A stretch of 58,410 bases of DNA from a virus (Duplodnaviria > Caudoviricetes). The notes below the pieces were generated by a model. That model did not search any database. It was given only the letters and a program-made list of their open reading frames with translations, and had not been told where the DNA came from. The position numbers were made by a program, and so were the translations under genes. Location of the stretch: the IMG/VR virus record IMGVR_UViG_3300036790_000260, positions 1 to 58,410 of that record. One strand, 5' to 3'. Numbering within the stretch: position 1 is the first letter of the stretch; each line of letters begins with the position of its first letter. Shown here piece after piece: positions 26,807 to 36,280 of this stretch.

Positions 26807-28191
26807 CGGTGTTCTCCTGCTTCGATCGCTTCGGCGTGTGCGGGGGGCAGCGGGGTGGGCCGGTCGAAGATCTCGATGCGTTCGCGGGTGCCCCATCCGG
26901 TGTTGCGGCAGGTCGCGATGCCGTACCAGCGCATCGCGCGCAGCACCGTGTAGGACCAGGCGACCGCGAGCGGCGCGAGGAGCCACGTCAGGATGCGGGA
27001 TGCGGCGGGCTCGTCGGTGCGGGTGACGGCGAGGTACCGGGCGGTGAAGCCGTAGCCGATGCCGGACGCGATGATCCCCGAGGCGATCCACGGGACCGGG
27101 TGGCCTTCGGCCGGTGCGAGGGCGAACAGGTCGAGCAGCACGGCCATGGACGCGGTGAGCTGGACCCAGTTCAGGAAGTTCGACCAGTACGCGTACCCGG
27201 ACAGCCGCAGGTACCGGAACCGCCACAGGGACCGGATCGTGGAGCCGCGCATCCACCGGCAGAACTGGCGCACGTGGTGCGACAGGTTGTTCGGCATCGC
27301 GACCAGCACGATGGCGTGCGGGTTCTGCACGGTCCGGCCGCGCATCAGGGCGTAGAGGGTGAGCATCGAGTCGTCGCTGAAGTGCACGGGCCGGCCGAGG
27401 AACGTCTCGCTGAGGTAGCCGTCGATGTTGTCGCGCACCACGGCGAACCGGTAGGCGGCCAGCGGCCCGGAGTTCACGGTGACGGCTCCGAGCCGGGATT
27501 GGGAGGCGCGGCCGACGAGCTGGATGGATACGAACCAGAGGTCGAGGATGCGGGCGAGGAGGTTGTCGCGGTCGTTCTCGGCCATCACGAGGCCCGCGAC
27601 GGACTGGACGCGGGGTGAGGCGAACGGCAGGAGCAGCTGCTCGACCGCATGGGGGTCCAGGACGCCGTCGGAGTCGACGGTGAGGTAGATGTCGGCGTGA
27701 TGGGCGCGGGCGACGTGGCCGTGGACCAGGCGCTTGCCCTTCCATGCGACGGTTTCCCAGATGCCGCGGACACCGGCGCGGTCGCAGGCGTGCAGGAACC
27801 ATTCGGCGACGTCGGTGTAGTCGGCGAGGGGGTCGTCGGAGTCGTTGTCGACGACGTGGATGATGTCGGGGCGCCTGGTCTGGTTGATGAGGGATGCGAG
27901 GGCGCGCTGGAGGATCGCGGGGTCTTCGTTGCGGACGGGGACGGGGATCAGGATGGTGAGGGTGTCGAGGTAGCGGCGTTGCCGGGCGGTGGGGTTGTAG
28001 CGGGGTTGGCCGGCGAGTAGCGCGGTCTGCCAGACGAGGAGGAGGTAGGCGGCGAGGTAGTCGATTTCGCGGGGGTTGGTGAGGAGGTTGGTGTGGGCGA
28101 TGGTCTGGGTGTGGAGGTAGCCCCAGCCGGTGAGGGCGATCAGGGCGGTGATGGTGATGATGGTGTCGGCGCGGCGCGAGTAGGTGGTCAC
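26803..28191 (-). CDS. Processive GT2 polysaccharide synthase (NodC/HasA-like)
   Basis: PVRNED, VDNDS, GKR, TVDSD, SGPLAAYR, SDD, QFCRW, WGTR; N- and C-terminal TMs. Confidence 0.9.
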   Translation of the reverse strand: MTTYSRRADTIITITALIALTGWGYLHTQTIAHTNLLTNPREIDYLAAYLLLVWQTALLAGQPRYNPTARQRRYLDTLTILIPVPVRNEDPAILQRALASLINQTRRPDIIHVVDNDSDDPLADYTDVAEWFLHACDRAGVRGIWETVAWKGKRLVHGHVARAHHADIYLTVDSDGVLDPHAVEQLLLPFASPRVQSVAGLVMAENDRDNLLARILDLWFVSIQLVGRASQSRLGAVTVNSGPLAAYRFAVVRDNIDGYLSETFLGRPVHFSDDSMLTLYALMRGRTVQNPHAIVLVAMPNNLSHHVRQFCRWMRGSTIRSLWRFRYLRLSGYAYWSNFLNWVQLTASMAVLLDLFALAPAEGHPVPWIASGIIASGIGYGFTARYLAVTRTDEPAASRILTWLLAPLAVAWSYTVLRAMRWYGIATCRNTGWGTRERIEIFDRPTPLPPAHAEAIEAGEHR

Positions 28192-28349
28192 GACGGGTCT
28201 CCGACGGGACGGTTGCGGCGGTAGGAGAGGCGGATGCCGAGCGCGGTCAGAGCGATCAGCGTCCAGGATGCGCACAGGATGAGCACGGGTCCCCCTGGTT
28301 GATGGTCGGCGGTGATGGTCGGTGGTCGGCGGTCATCGCGTCGGCCCGG

Positions 28350-28931
28350 TCAGCACTTCTCCCAGCCGCCGGTGAAGTCGGAGCACATTTCGGCGGACGC
28401 GATGTTGTAGCCGCCGCTGGCCGAGCCCGACTGGGTGACCGGCTGGCCGTCCCAGTCCACGACGGTCGTGCACGACACGTGGCCTGATCCGGATAGCTGG
28501 GCGGTGACGTTGTAGTACTGGGCGTCGGGGTCGAGCGGCATCGTCTTGGTGAAGGGGAGGCTGTCGGCGGAGTCGTCGGTGCCTTCGGGGCCGTAGGTGA
28601 TGTCGATGCCGTCGGGTGCGTTGCCGGTGCACGCGAAGGTGACTTGGGCGACTGCGGCCGGGGTGGTCGCGGGGGGCGCCGCGGGGGCCGGGGCGGCGGG
28701 GGTCGGTGCGGTGTAGGTGGCCGAGGCGGGGGCGCTGGGGGTGGGGATGGTCGCGGTGGCCGTCGGCGGGGCGCTGGTCGTGCTGGGGGTGTTGCCGCCG
28801 GATGCCACGGCCGACACCACGATGATCGCGAACGTGCCGCAGACGAGGCCGAGGATGATTTTGCGTGCGGTGTGCTTCTTCGGTGCCTGCGGGGGCTGGT
28901 ACGGGGCGCGGGTGTAGTCGGGGGTGTTCAT
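28350..28931 (-). CDS. MmpS-like membrane-anchored surface protein
   Basis: TM, Pro/Thr linker, ITYG...LPFTKT...VTAQ...VSC..V.G. Confidence 0.7.
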   Translation of the reverse strand: MNTPDYTRAPYQPPQAPKKHTARKIILGLVCGTFAIIVVSAVASGGNTPSTTSAPPTATATIPTPSAPASATYTAPTPAAPAPAAPPATTPAAVAQVTFACTGNAPDGIDITYGPEGTDDSADSLPFTKTMPLDPDAQYYNVTAQLSGSGHVSCTTVVDWDGQPVTQSGSASGGYNIASAEMCSDFTGGWEKC

Positions 28932-28996
28932 GGTCGTCTCCAGGGTGGTCGGTGCGGACGGGTGTCGGGCGTTGCTGTAGGGGTGTTCGGGGCGCC

Positions 28997-29413
28997 TTAC
29001 GGCGCGGGGGTGGTGAGTTCGGCCCAGTAGACGCCGCGGTCGCCGGTGACGGTGGCTCCGTGGCGGCTGGCGGTCTTGTGGATGATGGCGTAGCCGAGTC
29101 CGCCGTTCTCGCCGCGGGCCCGGCGGATGCGGGGCGCGGGCCCGGCGTCGATGACGGTGAGGCGCAGGGTCTGTCCGTAGTCGGCGAGCTCGATGATGAT
29201 CTCGACGGAGCCGCGGCCGCGGGAGCAGGAGTGGAGCACGGAGTTGGTGACGAGTTCGGAGAGGATGAGGACGGCGTTGTCGGTGCGGGGGTCGCCGTGG
29301 AGGTAGCGGGCCGTGATGTGGCGGGTGAGGGCGGGGGCGTTGGTGTCGGCGGGGACGGCGAAGGTGGTGCGGTGGGTGGTGGTGGTGATGGGGGGTGTGT
29401 CGGTGACGGTCAC
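28997..29413 (-). CDS. RsbW-like anti-sigma factor / HATPase_c ATP-binding protein
   Basis: SELVTNSVLH (N box), VIDAG (G1), GGLGYAII (G2), YWAEL. Confidence 0.85.
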   Translation of the reverse strand: MTVTDTPPITTTTHRTTFAVPADTNAPALTRHITARYLHGDPRTDNAVLILSELVTNSVLHSCSRGRGSVEIIIELADYGQTLRLTVIDAGPAPRIRRARGENGGLGYAIIHKTASRHGATVTGDRGVYWAELTTPAP

Positions 29414-29502
29414 GGCGACCTTCCGTTCGGCGTGTGCCAGGTGGCATACTCCAGGTGTAGTCCACACTCCACCGACACCGCAATCCCCCGCCGGAGGAAT
29501 CC

Positions 29503-29706
29503 ATGCGCCGAGACCAACTCGTGACCATTCTCACCCACCTGATCACCAGCGGTCACTATTTGCCGGGCGAGCTGCTGCCCGGCCAGCGCGAGCTCGCGGT
29601 GCAGTACGGCTGCTCGCGGATGACGGTGATGCGCGCCATGGGCGATCTCCAGAAAGCGGGCCTGATCACGCTGGGCCGCCGCGGGAGTGTCGTAGCCAAG
29701 CGGTAG
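29503..29706 (+). CDS. Stand-alone GntR-family winged-helix regulator
   Basis: YLPGELLPGQRELAVQYGCSRMTV.RA...L...GLI. Confidence 0.85.
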   Translation: MRRDQLVTILTHLITSGHYLPGELLPGQRELAVQYGCSRMTVMRAMGDLQKAGLITLGRRGSVVAKR

Positions 29707-29762
29707 GCTCCCGTCGGTGCGCCTCGTACGCTGCACACGTGCCTTCGGCCGGACGCACAGAG

Positions 29763-29792
29763 AACGCCCCCGCGGCCTGCGGGGGCGTTTTT
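29763..29792 (+). terminator. Rho-independent terminator
   Basis: AACGCCCCCGC-GGCCT-GCGGGGGCGTT then TTT. Confidence 0.75.
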
Positions 29793-29945
29793 CGTGTGTG
29801 GTCGGCGCTGTGGGTGGGGGCGGGTATCGTAGGGGGTGGGTGTGCGATTCTGACGACGAGTCATTGCACCAGGGCGGCCTCCATGATCTGGGGGTCGTCT
29901 TGCTTTTCCGGGATGGTTGTTTGGTGTTTTGGCTGGTCAACACCC

Positions 29946-29975
29946 CTTGTGGTACTTGTGGTAACACTGTAGTGT
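29946..29975 (+). promoter_or_regulatory. Early promoter with tandem CTTGTGGTA operator
   Basis: CTTGTGGTA twice at 29946-29963; -10 TAGTGT 7 nt before ATG 29983. Confidence 0.55.
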
Positions 29976-29982
29976 GGTCCCC

Positions 29983-30216
29983 ATGACACCGACCCAGCGC
30001 CGGCGCCCCGAGTCCATCCCGGTCGACCGCGCCAAACTCACCGAAGCGCGCCGCAAGCTCGGACTGACCCAGGTGGAGCTCGCCGACCTGGCCGGGATCT
30101 CCCAGTCCTACCTCAGCGCCCTGGAGCTCGGTGAACGCCCCCGCGTCCGCCCGGCCCGCTACCGGCGCCTGTGCGACGCGCTCGGCCTGCACCCGGACGC
30201 GCTCGTGCAGCTGTAG
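29983..30216 (+). CDS. XRE-family HTH regulator (Cro-like)
   Basis: RRKLGLTQVELADLAGISQSYLSALELG. Confidence 0.9.
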   Translation: MTPTQRRRPESIPVDRAKLTEARRKLGLTQVELADLAGISQSYLSALELGERPRVRPARYRRLCDALGLHPDALVQL

Positions 30217-30305
30217 CGCCGCCAGACAGCGGCGCGCCCAACCGCTTCGACCGGTCGGGCGCGCTGGCCCCCTCAAGACCCTTAACGCAGAGAGAGAAGG
30301 GAACC

Positions 30306-30728
30306 ATGTTCCATCTTAGGTCCCGGAACAAGGCCGCGCACCGCGCACCCCGCACGGTCCGGGCGCCGCGCACCGTGGTGCCGATCGAGCCGGTGACGCC
30401 GCTCGGCGACGGCTTCATGCGCCAGCGCCCCTACACCGCCGTCCTGCTCGAGACGCCCCCGTCGTTGCACGTCGGGGACCGGGTGGCCGTCGCTGGCTAC
30501 CGGAGTTTCCCGGGGCACAACGGGCAGCGCGGTGTGGTCGCGGGGATCAGCGGGGATCACCGGCTGTTCCTCGTCGACCTGCACGACGGCGGGACGATCT
30601 ACTGCGAGCGCGACGAGCTGGAGCTGCTGGACGCGGCCCCGACGGTGGTGTTCCCGGTGTTCGAGGCCGACACGGTGACGATGGATGCGGTGCTCGACGA
30701 GCTGCCGCTGATGGGCGGCGCACGGTGA
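30306..30728 (+). CDS. Hypothetical protein with SH3/KOW-like domain
   Basis: LHVGDRVAV...GQRGVV...ELELL. Confidence 0.6.
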   Translation: MFHLRSRNKAAHRAPRTVRAPRTVVPIEPVTPLGDGFMRQRPYTAVLLETPPSLHVGDRVAVAGYRSFPGHNGQRGVVAGISGDHRLFLVDLHDGGTIYCERDELELLDAAPTVVFPVFEADTVTMDAVLDELPLMGGAR

Positions 30729-31180
30729 CGGCCCCGGCGCTGCACATCGGCGACGCGGTGCACGTGCACACCGGCGCGTCGTTCTTCGACGGCCTCGACG
30801 GCCGCGTCATGGTCCCGGAGCCGGAGGGCGGTTATGTCGTCGCCCTGGACGGTGGCTGCCGCTGCCACTTCGAGCGGTCCGAGTTGGAGTTGCTCGGTGC
30901 GCTGAAGCGCGCCGAGTACCTGATCTGGTCGCATCAGCACGGCAAGTGGTGGGGGCCCGCGTGGCGCGGCTACACGTCTTCCCACCGGGACGCGGGCCGC
31001 TACTCCAAGGAAGAGGCCCAGGAGATCATCGCGAAGTCGCGGTACGGATGGCGCCCGGAACAGCCGGTGCCTCCCGAGGTGGCGATCGAGGTCCCCGAGG
31101 TGTGTGTCGCGCTGACCCTGGAGATGGCGGTGGCCGACGCGACCGAGCGCGTGATGGCCGCGCGGCACGGCGGCGCCTGA
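30725..31180 (+). CDS. Hypothetical protein with SH3/KOW-like domain
   Basis: LHIGDAVHV...ELELL; YLIWS.H..WW.P...GYT. Confidence 0.65.
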   Translation: MTAPALHIGDAVHVHTGASFFDGLDGRVMVPEPEGGYVVALDGGCRCHFERSELELLGALKRAEYLIWSHQHGKWWGPAWRGYTSSHRDAGRYSKEEAQEIIAKSRYGWRPEQPVPPEVAIEVPEVCVALTLEMAVADATERVMAARHGGA

Positions 31181-31533
31181 TGGGCTTCGATCTCGCCCCC
31201 GAGTTCCGGGTCACGACCGAGCGGTCGCACCTGATCCGGGCGCGCGGCCACATCACGGCCGAAACCCTCGCGGAGTTCGCGGTCGACGCGATCCTCGCGA
31301 AACTCGCCGAGGCCCTGCGCCCCGGCTCGAAGATGACCAAAGCCCGGATCGCCGAAGCCGTCGAAGCCGGAGCCGCGATCGCGCTGCAGCTCGCCGGGGT
31401 GCGGCTGTGCGCAGAGTGCGCGCATCCGTGGTCGGAGCACGTGGCGATGCGCGGCTGCTTCGACTGCGGCTGCACCGGGCGGCGCCCGCATGCGACCGAG
31501 GCTGTTCCTGTTCCTATCGTGGGGGGTTTCTGA
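31180..31533 (+). CDS. Hypothetical protein, C-terminal Cys/His cluster
   Basis: TGATG coupling; CAECAH..EH...CFDCGC. Confidence 0.6.
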   Translation: MGFDLAPEFRVTTERSHLIRARGHITAETLAEFAVDAILAKLAEALRPGSKMTKARIAEAVEAGAAIALQLAGVRLCAECAHPWSEHVAMRGCFDCGCTGRRPHATEAVPVPIVGGF

Positions 31534-31835
31534 TGACGGCGGATGTCGGGTCGGGCACGGATGGTGTCGTGCGGCCGGTGGTGGACCTCAAGCGCGGAGA
31601 CCACGTGCGCCTGCGGGACGGGCGGTGGGGGCTGCTGCTCGGGGCGCCGGTCCTGGACGTGCTGCGGAAGGGGTACGTGACGGCGTCGGTGAGTATCGAG
31701 ATGCTCCACACCGAGGGCGTCACGTGGCTGGCCGGCGCGAAGGCGCCCTCGCGGACGCCGGGTGAGCAGTTGCGGCATGTGGAGACGGTGTTCGCGAGCA
31801 TGCGGCCCAAGCGCCGCCGCGGTGGTGCGCGGTGA
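31533..31835 (+). CDS. Hypothetical protein
   Basis: Coupled at both ends. Confidence 0.55.
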   Translation: MTADVGSGTDGVVRPVVDLKRGDHVRLRDGRWGLLLGAPVLDVLRKGYVTASVSIEMLHTEGVTWLAGAKAPSRTPGEQLRHVETVFASMRPKRRRGGAR

Positions 31836-32710
31836 CGGATATCGAGGAGGTCGAGGCGCCCGAGGCGCCGCTGGTGGAGATCACCGGGCCCGGGGTATAC
31901 GACATGCCCGCGGACCAGTACCACCGCAGGCCCGAGCTCAGTTCATCCGGGATGCGCGCCCTGCTGCCCCCCGGCTGCCCGGCGAAGTTCCACTGGGACC
32001 AGCTGAACCCGCCGGAGCCGAAGGACGACTTCGATTTCGGGCACGTCGCGCACAAGCTCGTGCTCGGCGAGGGCGAACAGATCGAGGTCCTGGACTTCGA
32101 CAGCTACCGGACGGCCGACGCGCGCGCCGCGAAGCTCCAGGCGTACGCCGCGGGGCTGATCCCGATCCTGGAGCGGGAGTTCCTGAAGGCGAAGGCGATG
32201 GCGCTGGAGGTGCACAAGCACCCCGTGGCCAAGGCTCTGCTGCAGAAGGGCGGCAAGCCCGAGCAGTCCCTGTTCTGGCGCGACGCCGCGACCGGCATCG
32301 AGATGAAGGCGCGCATCGACTGGCTCGATCCTCGCGAGGGGCGGCGCCTGAAGGTGGTGGACTACAAGACCGCGGCGAGGGTGGACGAGGAGTCGATCCG
32401 GCGCGCGATCGCGGAGTACGGCTACCACCAGCAGGGCGCCACGTACGACGAGGCGTGCCAGGCCCTCGGGTTCGGGGACGGCGGCACGGTCGTGAATCTG
32501 ATCTTCCAGGAGAAGGCGCTGCCGTTCCTGGTGCATGTCGTACAGCTCACGCCGTACGATCTCCAGCTCGGCGCGGCCCGCAACCGGGCTGCCATCCGGA
32601 TCTACCGGGAGTGCGTGAAGTCCGGTGAGTGGCCTGCCTACCCGGAGGTCTCGTACGTCGAAATGTCCGCGTGGGCGCAGAATCGAGACCGAGAGTGGTA
32701 CATGTCATGA
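31832..32710 (+). CDS. recE: RecE/exonuclease VIII-like PD-(D/E)XK exonuclease
   Basis: YH...LSSSG, FGHVAH, EQSLFW, KARIDWL, VDYKT, YGYHQQ. Confidence 0.88.
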   Translation: MTDIEEVEAPEAPLVEITGPGVYDMPADQYHRRPELSSSGMRALLPPGCPAKFHWDQLNPPEPKDDFDFGHVAHKLVLGEGEQIEVLDFDSYRTADARAAKLQAYAAGLIPILEREFLKAKAMALEVHKHPVAKALLQKGGKPEQSLFWRDAATGIEMKARIDWLDPREGRRLKVVDYKTAARVDEESIRRAIAEYGYHQQGATYDEACQALGFGDGGTVVNLIFQEKALPFLVHVVQLTPYDLQLGAARNRAAIRIYRECVKSGEWPAYPEVSYVEMSAWAQNRDREWYMS

Positions 32711-33669
32711 GCGAGGAGATGGACTTCGCCCCCGCGGTGGGGGCGCCGGACCGTATGGGGCAGGGCACGGCCGTCGAGCAGTCCCGGGCTGTGGCCGGGG
32801 TTCAGGCTCAGGTCGTGGTTGCGTGGCAGCGTCCGCGCGACGTGCCGCAGGCGCGGGCCCGGATGTTGGAGGCGTGTTCGCACGTGGAGTTGGCCGACGA
32901 CGCGTTCTACAGTTACCCGCGCGGTGGCGAGACGGTCATCGGGATGACGGTGGTGGCGGCCGTGGAGATGGCGATCTGCTGGGGGAACATCGACTACGGG
33001 TTGACCGAGATGCGCCGTGACGACAAGTTCGGGCAGTCGGAGATGTTGGCGTTCGCGTGGGACCTGGAGACGAATGTCCGTAATGCGCACACTTTCATCG
33101 TGCAGCATGTGCGGTCCACCAAGTCCGGCACGTACAAGTTGACGGATCCGCGCGACGTGTACGAGTTGAACACGAACGACGGTTCGCGCCGGATGCGCGA
33201 GTCGATCTTCAAGACGTTGCCGCGCTGGTACAAGAGGGAGGCCGAGGAGGCGCTGCGCGCGACGCTGTGGCGCGCCATCGGCGGCCGGTCGGTCGAGGAG
33301 GCGCGGGAGAAGGTGCTGGCGTCCTACCGCGACGAGTTCGGGGTCAAGCGCGACCAGCTCGAGCACAAGCTGCGCAAGAAGGTCGACAAGTGGAAGAGCG
33401 CCGAGCTGATCGAGCTGCGCGTCCTGGGTGGTTCGCTCAGCAGGGGTGAGATCCGTCTTGATCAGGCGTTCCCGGGGGTGCGGGTGACGGCCGAGGAGCT
33501 CGCCGAGGACGCGAAGGCGCCCGTGGTGCCGCCCGCCGCGGCCAGGACGGCGCCTTCGCGCCCGCAGCCGCCCGTCGCGCACGCCGGTCACCCGTTGACC
33601 GGTTGGATGGACGGCTGCCCGGACTGCATCGCGGAGTCGGCTGCGGTGGACCAGGAGGCCGCATCGTGA
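32707..33669 (+). CDS. Putative single-strand annealing recombinase (RecT-equivalent)
   Basis: Coupled to RecE; FYSYPRGG, WGNI.YG, AWDLETN. Confidence 0.65.
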   Translation: MSEEMDFAPAVGAPDRMGQGTAVEQSRAVAGVQAQVVVAWQRPRDVPQARARMLEACSHVELADDAFYSYPRGGETVIGMTVVAAVEMAICWGNIDYGLTEMRRDDKFGQSEMLAFAWDLETNVRNAHTFIVQHVRSTKSGTYKLTDPRDVYELNTNDGSRRMRESIFKTLPRWYKREAEEALRATLWRAIGGRSVEEAREKVLASYRDEFGVKRDQLEHKLRKKVDKWKSAELIELRVLGGSLSRGEIRLDQAFPGVRVTAEELAEDAKAPVVPPAAARTAPSRPQPPVAHAGHPLTGWMDGCPDCIAESAAVDQEAAS

Positions 33670-34082
33670 CGCCTGAGGTGGAGTTGGCGGAGCGCGTGCT
33701 CGCGCAGATCGAAGAACACCCGGAACAGTGGCAGCAGGGTGAGTGGGCATTCCGCGCGGATTGCGGGACGGTTTACTGCTTCGCGGGCTGGGCTGTGCGC
33801 CTGGCGCACCCGGAGGCGGAGTTCCTGTTCGGCGTCAGCAGTTTGCGGGATGGCTCGGCGACGTTGGCGCAGCTCGGCGGCAGCCCTCCTCGGGATATCA
33901 AGGATCTGGCAACCGAACTGCTCGGCCTGAGGTGGCGGGGGGCCGACGTGTTGTTCGACGGGCGCAACACGCTCGAGGAGCTGCGGGAGTACGTCCGGCA
34001 GTTGAGCGCTGGCGCATCGTTCCTGACGCCATCGGATCGGTTCCTGGACGACGAGGAAGAAGAGGACGACGGCGATGCCTAA
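33666..34082 (+). CDS. Hypothetical protein (CGT.YCFAG family)
   Basis: WQQGEW...CGTVYCFAGWAVRL. Confidence 0.7.
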   Translation: MTPEVELAERVLAQIEEHPEQWQQGEWAFRADCGTVYCFAGWAVRLAHPEAEFLFGVSSLRDGSATLAQLGGSPPRDIKDLATELLGLRWRGADVLFDGRNTLEELREYVRQLSAGASFLTPSDRFLDDEEEEDDGDA

Positions 34083-34449
34083 TGTCGGGTTGTTGCGTGC
34101 GGTGCTCGCTGAGATCGAGGCCGACCCCGCCGCGTGGGATCAGAGGTCGTGGGCGCGGCGTACGCAGTGTGGGACGACGTACTGTTTCGCGGGGCACGCG
34201 GTACGACTCGGAATGCCGGACGCGGAGATGGTATGGAGTATGGACTGGGATGCGCCCGACGGCTTCGAGGTTGCCATGCGCGTGCTTCTCGCGGACGGCT
34301 CCAAGCAGAACATCTCGGCGGCGGCTGCGCAGCTGCTCGGTGTCCAGGGGAAGCAGCTGTACGCCCTGTTCTACGGCGAGGAGGCGGACACGTTGGCCGG
34401 TCTGCGTCTGGTCGTCGAGGAGATCTGCGCGGGCGCGGTGGTGTCGTGA
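34075..34449 (+). CDS. Hypothetical protein (CGT.YCFAG family), tandem paralog
   Basis: WDQRSW...CGTTYCFAGHAVRL. Confidence 0.7.
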   Translation: MPNVGLLRAVLAEIEADPAAWDQRSWARRTQCGTTYCFAGHAVRLGMPDAEMVWSMDWDAPDGFEVAMRVLLADGSKQNISAAAAQLLGVQGKQLYALFYGEEADTLAGLRLVVEEICAGAVVS

Positions 34450-34748
34450 CGCAGGGACTACGGCCGGGCCGGCGGTTGAAGCCGTGCGGCACCCCGGCCG
34501 CGTACAAGCGGCATCAGCGAAACGGCGAGGAGCCGTGCGAATCGTGCCGGGACGCCGAGAACCTGCGGCGCCGCAAGAAATCCCGTAAGCCGATGCTGAA
34601 GCCGTGCGGGACGGAGGCTGCTTACGGCCGTCACCTGAAGGCCCGCGAGCCTGCGTGCGTGCCGTGCCTGCGGGCGCATGCGCGTCGCGCGCGGGAGACG
34701 AAGGCGGCTGCGCTGGCCCGGCGCAAGGCCGAGGGGGCGGTGTCCTGA
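34446..34748 (+). CDS. Basic protein with two zinc-finger-like repeats
   Basis: LKPCGT.AAY.RH....E..C..C twice. Confidence 0.7.
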   Translation: MTQGLRPGRRLKPCGTPAAYKRHQRNGEEPCESCRDAENLRRRKKSRKPMLKPCGTEAAYGRHLKAREPACVPCLRAHARRARETKAAALARRKAEGAVS

Positions 34749-34879
34749 TGTCGTTGGAGTTGATCCTCGACACGGTCATCGCCGTGCTCACCGTGGCGGC
34801 CTTGGTGTGGATGGAGCGGTGTCGGCGTGCGGAGGTGCGTCGTGATGATGCGTGGGACGGCGAGCACGGGATCCGCTGA
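34748..34879 (+). CDS. Small membrane protein
   Basis: TGATG coupling; single TM. Confidence 0.45.
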   Translation: MSLELILDTVIAVLTVAALVWMERCRRAEVRRDDAWDGEHGIR

Positions 34880-35070
34880 CGTTCCTTGAGTTGCCGGTCG
34901 CGTCCGACTCTTCCCCGGGCGCGGCCCGTACCCGACCTCATTCTGATATCAGGAGTTTGCTTTGAGCCATGAACACGACGACGACTCTCTCCCCGAGGAG
35001 CGGGAGGCTAGAAGCGCGACCTTGCTGCGCAGGATGCCGTACCCTCGCGCGGCCGCAGGGGGCGAGCTCG

Positions 35071-35394
35071 GTGACTGACTCCCCGCCGCTCCTGCGCCGC
35101 GCTCCCGGTAAGTCCTCCAGGCTCGGAGCCCGCGCCCTGGCCACCCGAAGTGCGCTGATCAGCGCACTGGAGGAAGAACTGCGATACACGGCCTGGCGCG
35201 AGATCCTGGTCGGCGATCTCGCCCGGAAGGCCGGCTGTTCTTCGGCGACGTTCTACCAGTACTTCCCGGACGTGTGCGCGGTGTTCCGCGCGCTGCTCGG
35301 GCGGCTGGAGGAGGAGGGGCGCAAGCCGAGCGCCCATGTGCAGCTGATCGCGTATCTCGTGGGCTATGAGCGGCGTGTGATGCGCCGTGGCTGA
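35071..35394 (+). CDS. Short TetR-family regulator (HTH, truncated ligand domain)
   Basis: ATRSALI...VGDLARKAGCSSATFYQYFPD; start uncertain. Confidence 0.75.
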   Translation: MTDSPPLLRRAPGKSSRLGARALATRSALISALEEELRYTAWREILVGDLARKAGCSSATFYQYFPDVCAVFRALLGRLEEEGRKPSAHVQLIAYLVGYERRVMRRG

Positions 35395-35562
35395 GGTGCC
35401 TGCGGGCGGCTTGGCGTTCGCCTGTTGAGCTGGTCGCCGTGCCTGTCTCCACCGGGCGCGGCGGCCGAACCACCGTGGCGCCCGCTGCTTGCTCGCGGGC
35501 CGCGTAGGAGCCCGGTCGTCGTCCCTGTGCGGGGTGGCGGCCGGGCTTGCGCGTGTCTCGGG

Positions 35563-35805
35563 TCAGCCGGTGGCGTGGGTGAGGGTGATGGATTCGAGGA
35601 CGGCGTCGGCGTTGGCCTCGACCCATTCGAGGAGCCATGCGGGGGCGATGCCGACGGTGCGTTCGTCGCGGTTGGTGACGTAGACGATGGGGAGTTCGCC
35701 GAGATCCATGCGGGCTTCGCGGGCCGTGCGGTTGATACGGCCGAACTGGTTGACGACGTTGGCGCTGGTCGTGGTGGTCGTGGTGACCTTGGCTTTCTTG
35801 GGCAT
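35563..35805 (-). CDS. Small protein, Phd/YefM antitoxin-like
   Basis: Leaderless (TATGAT 7 nt before ATG); NQFG...PIVYVTNRDERTVGIAP. Confidence 0.5.
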   Translation of the reverse strand: MPKKAKVTTTTTTSANVVNQFGRINRTAREARMDLGELPIVYVTNRDERTVGIAPAWLLEWVEANADAVLESITLTHATG

Positions 35806-36018
35806 GGCACTGATCATACATGGGGTGGGTATCGTACGCATGTTGCGGATGGTATGGAGTGTCCCGGGTGTGGGTTTGGCGGATTCCGTATGTACCAGGG
35901 GGGGCGCGCGGGTGTCTGGAGTGCCCCGGAAAGTAGTCGAATGCGCGCGGCGATGATGATAGATTTGCAACCCCAAGTGCGCTTGCCAATGCGACAAACG
36001 CGTGCAACGATCAGCATC

Positions 36019-36252
36019 GTGAACACCCCATCGGAGGTAGATCGTGTCCTGGAACTCCAGGAATGGATCCGAACCGGCCGCGCCCGCGCTGTGCGCGTCC
36101 ACCTCGGCATCAGCCAGCGCATGGCCGCACGCGAGATCGGCGTCCATCCCTCGGCAGTCGTTCGCTGGGAAGGGGGCAGCAGCCGTCCCCGCGGCCCCAA
36201 GGCACTCGCCTACCACGAGTTCCTCTGCCGCCTCATCAACCACACCCGCTGA
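36019..36252 (+). CDS. XRE-family HTH regulator
   Basis: RVHLGISQRMAAREIGVHPSAVVRWEGG..RP. Confidence 0.8.
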   Translation: MNTPSEVDRVLELQEWIRTGRARAVRVHLGISQRMAAREIGVHPSAVVRWEGGSSRPRGPKALAYHEFLCRLINHTR

Positions 36253-36280
36253 CGCGCTCGAAGAGACGGGAGAGGAGTCG

